A DNA stretch of 64,000 nucleotides from a virus, in the IMG/VR virus record IMGVR_UViG_3300049489_001336, positions 32,001 to 96,000 of that record, one strand, 5' to 3'. Shown piece by piece: positions 9,451 through 17,228 of this stretch (position 1 is its first letter; each line of letters starts with the position of its first letter). The position numbers were made by a program, and so were the translations under genes. A model generated the notes under the pieces. It saw only the letters and a list, made by a program, of their open reading frames with translations, had not been told where the DNA came from and ran no database searches.

Positions 9451-10074
9451 ATGTACTACGAATACGGACAGCGCGCAGCCTTACAAAAGCTTGGCATGGG
9501 TGCCGCACCTATCCCTTACGCAGGTGCGTCTACACCGACTAACGACATGTTCTCCGCAAACAAACGGCAGGACATTTGGAGCGAAGTGGACAGCACGCCT
9601 ATCGCAATGAGTGGCGAAGAGTCTGCACAAGGAATGCCGAGTGCTCCAAAAAGCGCGAGCTACACAGGCGTAGTCGCTCAGGGCAGTGGCGACGGATTTC
9701 GCGGAGATCCTGAACGTAAAAACAAGTTTGAAGATGGGGTGCGGCGAGCGTTTCAAAGCAACGCCGATATCGATAACAGCACCACCTCTGAACCCGGATT
9801 TGCGTCTCCTAAATTAGCCAATAGCTTTTTCAACATCGGCAAAGGCCTACGTCCGAGCAGCTTAGGTCCGCGCAGTACTTCTTCATTAATGGGTAAGACG
9901 TCACCCAGCATGCCAAAACCTGGCGGCAATTTAAATGCGTCTTTGAACCCCATGAAGTCCCCGGTGATTAAACCCCCGACACCCATGCAGCCTAATTTAG
10001 CGCGGGGAGCTCACATGTCCCTTATGGGATCAAGCGTCAACTCTCCAATGCATCGGTTTACGAGTCCTTTATGA
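9451..10074 (+). CDS. putative internal virion protein with N-terminal targeting-like motif
   Basis: N-terminus YEYGQRAALQKLG; internal KSAS and KLAN; largely disordered. Confidence 0.55.
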   Translation: MYYEYGQRAALQKLGMGAAPIPYAGASTPTNDMFSANKRQDIWSEVDSTPIAMSGEESAQGMPSAPKSASYTGVVAQGSGDGFRGDPERKNKFEDGVRRAFQSNADIDNSTTSEPGFASPKLANSFFNIGKGLRPSSLGPRSTSSLMGKTSPSMPKPGGNLNASLNPMKSPVIKPPTPMQPNLARGAHMSLMGSSVNSPMHRFTSPL

Positions 10075-11453
10075 GCTTCGCTTATTACTGTAAGTACGCG
10101 ATGAGCACGCAATTTCAAACCATGGTTAGTGCCACTGGTGAGGATGGGCGCGTGCATTCTCGCACTACAGATAATCCTCGTAATCAGGTATCCAGCGCTT
10201 TTGAACAACAAGCGCTACAAATGGCGAATGAGCCTAGTGAGTCCAATCAATTTTCTGTGGGATCAGATCAAAGTAAAACTGCCATTGATTTAGAGACACT
10301 GAAACAACACAGTAAAACACCTGTGCGCGTAGACTCTCGTGCAGATTTTACAGGTGGCGGTTTTTACCATCCTAAAGAGGATTTTATAGGGATCAGCGAA
10401 GGCGTCGACCCTAACATTTTGGCACATGAAATAGGCCACACTAAATTCCAAAACAGTCTCCTAGGAAAAATTACACAGAGTGCCCCCGCACGTCTGATGC
10501 ATAACTTATCCCCTCTTGGGATGTTAGCTTTGGGTGGTAAACTGCAGGGTGATTTCAAAAAGCGTTTATTAAAATCGATGGGACTAAGCTTTGGAATGAG
10601 TGCCCCTACCCTGATTTCCGAAGGCGGGGCCGACTATCACGGCTATCAGACCTTAAAAGAATTAGGCGCGGACGACGCTCGATTAAAAGAATTTAGAAAT
10701 AAAATGATACTACCGGCTGCATCGTATTTAGCAGCCCCTATTGCAAATACTGCATTTGGCATGCATCTTAGTCGCCCCACGAAACCTGCGAATACTAAGA
10801 CGGCAGGCCGTGCCCTGGCACGCACCCTGAAATTCCGTGATCTCGACGTTTCAATCGAGACCGATAAAGGCAGCTACCGCCGTTGGTATGACCCGCATAC
10901 CAAGCAAGAAGGCAAAACACTAATGCAGTACCCGTACGGGTATATCCGCCGTACGCAAGGCATGGACGGCGATCACATCGATTGTTTTGTTGGACCCAAC
11001 GAAAAGTCTGACAAGATATTTGTTATTTTAACGAATAAAGCACCTAATTTTGACAGAATCGATGAAGAAAAGTGCATGTTAGGTTTTGACTCGGCCGAAC
11101 AAGCCAAGAAGGTATTCTTGGACCATTATTCGGACCGCAAATTCTTTAATTCCATGAAGATCATGTCTTACAACGACTTCAAGGACAAAGCGTTAGCAAC
11201 GCTTAATGGCGGTGTAAAGAAACTCAGCGCTGCGCAAGACGCGTCTTCGCTAGCTGGATTTGACAGTCAAAATTCAGACTTTTTAGAGACACCTAGGGGC
11301 CGGGCTTTTATTGCATGGAACGGGTTTCAACCGGGTACTTTTATGAGTCCGTCAACGCGTGTTGACCGGATGTTCCGTGCGCATGACAATGCGCCTTCTA
11401 CGGATGCTGTAGAAGGTAACACCAACGCACATCCTGCAGAGCCGAGTCTCTAA
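10071..11453 (+). CDS. multidomain protein: zincin-like metallopeptidase plus InPase-like (polyvalent-protein inorganic pyrophosphatase) domain
   Basis: ILAHEIGH with downstream E; IETDKG...MQYPYGYIRRTQGMDGDHIDCFVGP...DEEKCMLGF...AKKVFLDHY. Confidence 0.6.
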   Translation: MSFAYYCKYAMSTQFQTMVSATGEDGRVHSRTTDNPRNQVSSAFEQQALQMANEPSESNQFSVGSDQSKTAIDLETLKQHSKTPVRVDSRADFTGGGFYHPKEDFIGISEGVDPNILAHEIGHTKFQNSLLGKITQSAPARLMHNLSPLGMLALGGKLQGDFKKRLLKSMGLSFGMSAPTLISEGGADYHGYQTLKELGADDARLKEFRNKMILPAASYLAAPIANTAFGMHLSRPTKPANTKTAGRALARTLKFRDLDVSIETDKGSYRRWYDPHTKQEGKTLMQYPYGYIRRTQGMDGDHIDCFVGPNEKSDKIFVILTNKAPNFDRIDEEKCMLGFDSAEQAKKVFLDHYSDRKFFNSMKIMSYNDFKDKALATLNGGVKKLSAAQDASSLAGFDSQNSDFLETPRGRAFIAWNGFQPGTFMSPSTRVDRMFRAHDNAPSTDAVEGNTNAHPAEPSL

Positions 11454-12283
11454 TGCAAATCACCCTTACAAAAACGACGCCAATCTACAGGTCTCCTGCA
11501 GACATGGGCGTATTTTTGCAGTGGGTAGTTACCAACGCACCCTCTGCGGATTTATCATTTAAGGTAGAACGTGCAGGAAGTCCTGAAGGCCCTTTTGAGC
11601 TTGTCTTAGACAAAGTAAAAGGATTCCATTTCATGGATTCTTTCAGACATACACCAACACCTGGCGTTGGTGAGACCAGAGAGAATCTCAACTTTTTATC
11701 CTTGACGCGCGAAGTTTATTACCGCGTAACTGCCTACGCGGGTTCTGATGAAGCTTCAGTAGTAGATGAAGTCGGTAATAAATTACCGAAACGCCAAGCT
11801 TTATTATTGCGTAAAATACAAAGAGACTTGGGTCTTTCGTTTAAGTTCAACGGTACCGACCTTGCAGTGGTAAAGAGAAAACACTGGGGTATTCGCTGTA
11901 CCAAATGTTTTGATAAACTCACGAAAAAAGTAACGAATAGTAAGTGCCCTGTTTGTTACGGGACAGGTATTGTAGACGGTTACTGGAACCCTGTGCGTAT
12001 CAAAGCTCGGCTTGGTGCGCCTAGCTCTGATACACAAACAACCCCACAAGGTAAATCCGACATAACACAATTACGGGTTACATGTTTGCCGTATCCGAAT
12101 ATTGAGCCTGACGATATCCTTGTCGATATCGCGCTTAACCAGCGGTTCATCGTAAAGAATCAGGCACAGACTGAGATAAAGCGAGAAACGGCGCACCAAA
12201 TACTCGTTATATCCGAGTTAAGCCGTGACTCTATCGAATATCAAATACCCGTCAACAAAGACCACAGTCCGGTGATTTACTAA
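11453..12283 (+). CDS. putative neck/head-closure protein with Zn finger
   Basis: 276 aa; CTKC...CPVCYGTG; C-terminal PNIEPDDILVD..LNQRFIV head-closure-like strands. Confidence 0.5.
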   Translation: MQITLTKTTPIYRSPADMGVFLQWVVTNAPSADLSFKVERAGSPEGPFELVLDKVKGFHFMDSFRHTPTPGVGETRENLNFLSLTREVYYRVTAYAGSDEASVVDEVGNKLPKRQALLLRKIQRDLGLSFKFNGTDLAVVKRKHWGIRCTKCFDKLTKKVTNSKCPVCYGTGIVDGYWNPVRIKARLGAPSSDTQTTPQGKSDITQLRVTCLPYPNIEPDDILVDIALNQRFIVKNQAQTEIKRETAHQILVISELSRDSIEYQIPVNKDHSPVIY

Positions 12284-12960
12284 TGGCTGGTCATGAAACC
12301 CGTGCAGTGCGCCCTAAAGGGGAACAAGACAAGCTGCGTATTGCAGCGGGGTCTCCGTTGGCTATTCAGGGTCTGTTTTTAGAAATTATTCGAGAACGAT
12401 TTAACGCAAATGCGAGATTGGACTGGGTGTGGGACGCAGACCCGACACTTACTAAGATTTTAATTGAGACCAGTTACAACGAACACACAGAAGCGCGTGA
12501 CGTATCTCCGGCAGTCTATGTAACCCGACTACAGTCCGCGCCGGTTAAAATGGCGGTAGGTGATCGTGCAGGTGTGCACCTTCCAGATCACAAGGAAGGT
12601 TTTAAAGCCCTCATGGACATCGCCATGGTGGTTGAGTGCATGAGCAACGACGAAGGTGAGAGCGCGATTGTCGGGGATATCGTGCAGTTCATGCTTCTCG
12701 CATCTCAAGACATTATTCAACGTGAATTCGGATTCCACGATTTTACACACCCAATACTTGGCCAAACACAGCCCGTTGAACGCGGGCAACTAAAATGGTC
12801 AACTCCGATCAACTTCAATGTTCAGTTTTGGCTTCACTGGAGCAGTGTGCCGATAGCGCCACTGCTACAACAGTTAGTGCAGAAAATCACCACAAAAGGC
12901 AGTGACCTATTCAAAGAGAGTGTACTAAACTCTATGCGTAGGGGCTCTTCCTCGGAGTAA
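12283..12960 (+). CDS. putative tail completion/terminator-like protein (paralog 1)
   Basis: 225 aa; position between neck and sheath genes; paralogous to 12962. Confidence 0.45.
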   Translation: MAGHETRAVRPKGEQDKLRIAAGSPLAIQGLFLEIIRERFNANARLDWVWDADPTLTKILIETSYNEHTEARDVSPAVYVTRLQSAPVKMAVGDRAGVHLPDHKEGFKALMDIAMVVECMSNDEGESAIVGDIVQFMLLASQDIIQREFGFHDFTHPILGQTQPVERGQLKWSTPINFNVQFWLHWSSVPIAPLLQQLVQKITTKGSDLFKESVLNSMRRGSSSE

Positions 12961-12961
12961 C

Positions 12962-14026
12962 GTGCCTAAGCCAAAAAACACCTTGGTTCGTCCGAAGCAA
13001 TTCGTGCAGGACCCTTTGAAAATCGCGGCGGGCTCCCCGCTAGCGATACAAGGTGTTTTTCTGGAAATTTTGCGTGAAAGATTCCGTGAGGATTCGGGTC
13101 TTGGTATTGTTTGGCGTCCCGATATTACACAAACAGACCTCCTCATTGAGACGGGCTTCAACGAAGAGCTCGAAAGCCGTAATAAGGTTCCTGCAATTTA
13201 CGTAAATAGATTGCAAACAGTTCCCGGCAAAATGATTGTCGGTGATCGCGTTGGCGTCCATTTACCGGACCATAAAGAAGCATTTGGCGCATTAAATACC
13301 GTCGTTATTTCTATTGAATGTGTATCCAATGACGAGGGCGAAAGCGCCATTTTAGGCGATATCGTCCAATATATGCTGTTGGCTTCTCAAGACATTATCC
13401 AAAGTGAGTTTGGATTCAATGATATGTCGCATCCGTCGTTAGGGCAGACAGCGCCTTACGAACGGGATCAAACAAAATGGGCAACGACAATCGATTTCCA
13501 GGTACAATTCTGGATTCGGTGGAGTCAGGTACCCATCGCTCCTTTGTTGCAGCAAATTGCACAACGCATCTCGCACAAAGGTGTGGACGCGGGCGGACAT
13601 TTTGTAGACATAGCTATCAATTCTTTAAAGCGTGGCGAGGTACTAGACCCAAGTACGATTACTCCGGGCACGGAACCCCCGCCTAGTCGTGTAAGTATCG
13701 TTGGACCGCAAGGGCCTCAGGGCCCGCAAGGAATTCCTGGCCCTGCAGGGCCCCCCGGTCAAACGGTCTATTTAAAAACAGAAACTACGACACTTACAGG
13801 CACAATAAACGGTGTCAACAGTACGTTTGTAAGCCCCGTCCCATTTATCCATAATTTACAAATCAAAGAACGAGTTTATCTAAACGGCATACGGCTGCGA
13901 GAAGGCGCAGGCAATGATTATACAGTCGCGCAAAGTGTCCCCTTGGGGGGTTACGACACTATCGTATTCGCAGTCGCCCCACGGCCTGGGGATTTAGTCG
14001 AACTCGAATACTATGAGGATACGTAA
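12962..14026 (+). CDS. putative tail completion-like protein (paralog 2) with collagen repeat and C-terminal beta domain
   Basis: Shares IAAGSPLAIQG, HLPDHKE, SNDEGESAI, PIAPLLQQ with 12283; GPQGPQGPQGIPGPAGPPG. Confidence 0.5.
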   Translation: MPKPKNTLVRPKQFVQDPLKIAAGSPLAIQGVFLEILRERFREDSGLGIVWRPDITQTDLLIETGFNEELESRNKVPAIYVNRLQTVPGKMIVGDRVGVHLPDHKEAFGALNTVVISIECVSNDEGESAILGDIVQYMLLASQDIIQSEFGFNDMSHPSLGQTAPYERDQTKWATTIDFQVQFWIRWSQVPIAPLLQQIAQRISHKGVDAGGHFVDIAINSLKRGEVLDPSTITPGTEPPPSRVSIVGPQGPQGPQGIPGPAGPPGQTVYLKTETTTLTGTINGVNSTFVSPVPFIHNLQIKERVYLNGIRLREGAGNDYTVAQSVPLGGYDTIVFAVAPRPGDLVELEYYEDT

Positions 14027-14077
14027 GTAATTGTATTCCTAACATATATTACGCCACTGTAATTGTTAAACTGAGAC

Positions 14078-14110
14078 AGGGCTCCTATCATTCAACTGAC
14101 AAGGAGCCCT
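14078..14110 (+). promoter_or_regulatory. RBS-sequestering hairpin upstream of 14115
   Basis: Perfect 9-bp inverted repeat AGGGCTCCT/AGGAGCCCT; the 3' arm contains the AGGAG Shine-Dalgarno. Confidence 0.55.
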
Positions 14111-14114
14111 CGCG

Positions 14115-15668
14115 ATGGCTAGAACTTTAATTCGTCAAGAGACTCAGATCCGCAACAGCGAGAATTACACCGACAACCTCGCGGCGGGCAGTACCCTCGA
14201 ATCCGGCGCCGTTAGCATCGAAGACGACCTTAACGGGTTGCGCTCGCAGATTGCGCGCATCCTTAATGACGCCGGGGGCAATAATTGGTATGATGATATT
14301 TCTACGGTAAATGGCAAAAAGCGCAGCCTTTTTGACCTTAATACCGACCTCAATGATATTGAGGAAAAGAAGGTTCTTGGGCGCGCGCAGATCTTAACTG
14401 ACGTTACGGTTACAGCTGCGCAAAACTGGGAAATCCTCTCTGTATCCGGGTCTGAAGCACCTACCCTCGTAGCCGCCGTGGCTACCACCCAAAACGGTGC
14501 AGTAGTCGCGCAATCGGCGCTTCAAGACGCTGCCTTCAACGTACACGAATTGATCGAAATCGCGGGTGCTAACGCAATTAGCCCTAAGAACCTAGTTGTC
14601 GTTCGTGACGCGACTACAGGTCAACCCATCCAATCGTCGGGTCGAGATGTATTCGGCCTTCTTCAGTACGAAGCTACCGGTGTTGACGGCGCGGCCTTTA
14701 ACGATACCGCTGAGGGTAATCGCGTAAAAATCAGCTTCGTACGTATGAATGCAGGCCTTGATGACCTTGAAGCGTGCCCCGTCGGCGATATTGCGGGTAA
14801 AACGATTAATTACAATTACGTCCTGCGTACAAACCTCGATGCGATTACCGAGGAGGCGTTCCTCAGTAACCTCATCTTTACAGATCTCACCGCTGCCGTT
14901 GACGTCACGCTCGACAACGCTATCGACAACCAAGGGTCCACGCCCGCGACGTCGACTACGAACATCCGCATCCAGTTAACGGATGGCACGTCTTGGCAAT
15001 TTGAAGACCCAAGCGGCGCTACGGACATTGTTCGTATTGAAGCCAGCGGAGGTGGGGATAGCTTCCAATTCAACGGCACAACCTTTGACATCAACAATTC
15101 GTCGGATGCCGATTTCCTCAACGGCGCCATCTTTGATTCTGGCGGCACGCCTGTTCGCGTTGGCGTCACTGCAGGTTATATCGACACCGCTTCTGCAGAC
15201 CTGGGTATTCGCGCTGGCGGCGAATTGTACCTTGATGACAGTAATCAAACAGGGTCTACATGGTCTCAGACAGCAGGTATTAAGCTCTCTGAAACCACTG
15301 CTGAATGGGATCAATTCGAGACCAAATTCGGCGAAGTGTCGTTGCTTCAAGCCATTTATACGGCAGCGACAACAGGTGCACGCGGTACCAAGGTTTACGC
15401 GAACGTAACAGCCAACGTCGCAGAAGACGTAGATGTCGGCGGCGTTGCAGGCGGCGCCAACCTGGATGCACAGCTTCCAGACATGAGCACAGGCACATTC
15501 ACCGCTGACTACGACGTATACGTGAACGGTGAGTTGCAGCGCCCTGGCGCCAACGCAGGCGCGAACAACGACTACTACCCCGGCACCAGCCTCGCGAATG
15601 GTCAATTAAAGTTTGAGTACAAGCTCCGGATTGGTGACGTGGTTTGCGTCGTACCGTATAGTGCCTGA
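14115..15668 (+). CDS. virion structural protein (fibre/collar-like)
   Basis: 517 aa acidic, beta-rich, biased codons; C-terminal VYVNGELQR...NDYY...GDVV domain. Confidence 0.55.
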   Translation: MARTLIRQETQIRNSENYTDNLAAGSTLESGAVSIEDDLNGLRSQIARILNDAGGNNWYDDISTVNGKKRSLFDLNTDLNDIEEKKVLGRAQILTDVTVTAAQNWEILSVSGSEAPTLVAAVATTQNGAVVAQSALQDAAFNVHELIEIAGANAISPKNLVVVRDATTGQPIQSSGRDVFGLLQYEATGVDGAAFNDTAEGNRVKISFVRMNAGLDDLEACPVGDIAGKTINYNYVLRTNLDAITEEAFLSNLIFTDLTAAVDVTLDNAIDNQGSTPATSTTNIRIQLTDGTSWQFEDPSGATDIVRIEASGGGDSFQFNGTTFDINNSSDADFLNGAIFDSGGTPVRVGVTAGYIDTASADLGIRAGGELYLDDSNQTGSTWSQTAGIKLSETTAEWDQFETKFGEVSLLQAIYTAATTGARGTKVYANVTANVAEDVDVGGVAGGANLDAQLPDMSTGTFTADYDVYVNGELQRPGANAGANNDYYPGTSLANGQLKFEYKLRIGDVVCVVPYSA

Positions 15669-15680
15669 TAGAGGTGACTA

Positions 15681-16262
15681 ATGACGGTAGAGAAATCAGT
15701 TCTTCGCGCGCAGTTGTTTGAAGAAGTGGGTTCAAGTATTAGAAGTACATTAGATGCGTATCAGCGGGAACTGAAAGAGCACGAGGGGGCCCTCAACGGA
15801 CTTCATAACGCCGTTCAAAGCGTTGAGGGCCTCCTCGCACACATTTCAAAAGATATCGATGAAAATAAGCTCGATATCGAGGTTGCAAAAATTGTAAAAC
15901 TTTGGATGCAGCGTGCCGTTACTGTTGTCGGCAATTTAAAACAAGCCTCCGCAAACCGTATTCTCATTTCTAAAGGTAAAATCGAAGCTGTTGAAAAACA
16001 GCTCGATACCATTAAAAAGGCCTTTGATGTAGAAAAAGGCCGTCTTCGCCTTTATACGCAACAGCCGGACAGTCCCGTAGTTACAGCCGATAATGTCGTT
16101 GACATAACTTCTGCGGAACGTGAAGCGCCTCGTTCGCTTAAAGAGCGGCGCATACAGGAAGAGATCTCGCAAAAGGACGTGCCTGCGGTGCCTACCGCGC
16201 CACCAGCCAACGCTCCTATTCAACTTAAACGCCGTGGACGTAAACCCAAAAACGCGAGTTAA
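15681..16262 (+). CDS. coiled-coil hypothetical protein
   Basis: 193 aa, heptad-rich N-terminal two thirds, basic C-terminus. Confidence 0.55.
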   Translation: MTVEKSVLRAQLFEEVGSSIRSTLDAYQRELKEHEGALNGLHNAVQSVEGLLAHISKDIDENKLDIEVAKIVKLWMQRAVTVVGNLKQASANRILISKGKIEAVEKQLDTIKKAFDVEKGRLRLYTQQPDSPVVTADNVVDITSAEREAPRSLKERRIQEEISQKDVPAVPTAPPANAPIQLKRRGRKPKNAS

Positions 16263-16265
16263 CGC

Positions 16266-17138
16266 ATGCGCGCCTTGGTTATTAGCGGAGGGGGCTCTCG
16301 GGGCCAATATCACGTAGGTGCCTTAAAATATCTGTATTTAGATAAAGGCTACCAACATCAAATCCTCTGCGGTAACAGCGTAGGCGCCCTCATCGCAGCG
16401 TTTATTGCACAATACCCGTACGGAAAAGAAGCAGATGCTATTAACACCCTAGCCAATCTGTTTCTACACATCCGTACGGAAAACGTTAAAAAGCCGTGGC
16501 GCCCTTTTGGCCTTTTCACAGGATTTAGGTCCAAGAAAAGTTTGTGGAATAGTCATCCACTTCAAGAGCTTATTTCGACGCATATAGACGTTCATAAAAT
16601 ACAAAGCACAGGCCGGGCGGTGCGCGTAGGCATGACCCGTATTTCTCCTAGAGATAGGAGTAATTACGAAGTCGCCACAGAAAACCACCCTGAGCTTATC
16701 CAAGCTATTCAAGCGTCTGCGGCGCTTGTACCTTTTTTTGAACCCGTACGAGTTGATCAAGACTGGGCCATTGACGGGGGCGTACAGCAAATAACGCCTA
16801 TTCGCTCCGCGATAGACGCAGGGGCTACCGTCATTGACGTCTTAATGTGTTATCCGCCCATGCTCAAGTTTCCGGCTACCCGTGAGATGTCTGTACTGAA
16901 TCTAGGTTTCTTTACCTTTGATCTTCTCTTGCACAATCTCGCTTGGACCGATGTGCGGCGCACACAGTTTATTAACCGCATGGTCACCGACTACAATATC
17001 GCGGATAAACGCCGCGTAGAGCTCAACCTTATTTATCCCAGCAAGGATCTGGGCGTAAACGCGCTTGAGTTCAATTACGTGGACGCCTTACGCCTACAAA
17101 ACCAAGGGTACGTAGACGCGCGAGAAACTCACAGATAA
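16266..17138 (+). CDS. patatin-like phospholipase
   Basis: GGGSRG oxyanion loop, GNSVG nucleophile elbow (GxSxG), IDGG catalytic Asp motif. Confidence 0.9.
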   Translation: MRALVISGGGSRGQYHVGALKYLYLDKGYQHQILCGNSVGALIAAFIAQYPYGKEADAINTLANLFLHIRTENVKKPWRPFGLFTGFRSKKSLWNSHPLQELISTHIDVHKIQSTGRAVRVGMTRISPRDRSNYEVATENHPELIQAIQASAALVPFFEPVRVDQDWAIDGGVQQITPIRSAIDAGATVIDVLMCYPPMLKFPATREMSVLNLGFFTFDLLLHNLAWTDVRRTQFINRMVTDYNIADKRRVELNLIYPSKDLGVNALEFNYVDALRLQNQGYVDARETHR

Positions 17139-17153
17139 TAAAAGCGCCGTTCC

Positions 17154-17182
17154 TTGTAGCGAAAGAACTCGCTACCTATAAT
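17154..17182 (+). promoter_or_regulatory. sigma70-like promoter of the tail sheath operon with embedded palindrome
   Basis: TTGTAG-17 nt-TATAAT; GTAGCGA(17156-62)/TCGCTAC(17169-75) inverted repeat. Confidence 0.6.
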
Positions 17183-17228
17183 CTGACACAAATACGCTGC
17201 TTTATTGAAGGCAAGCCGGAGCAAAACG

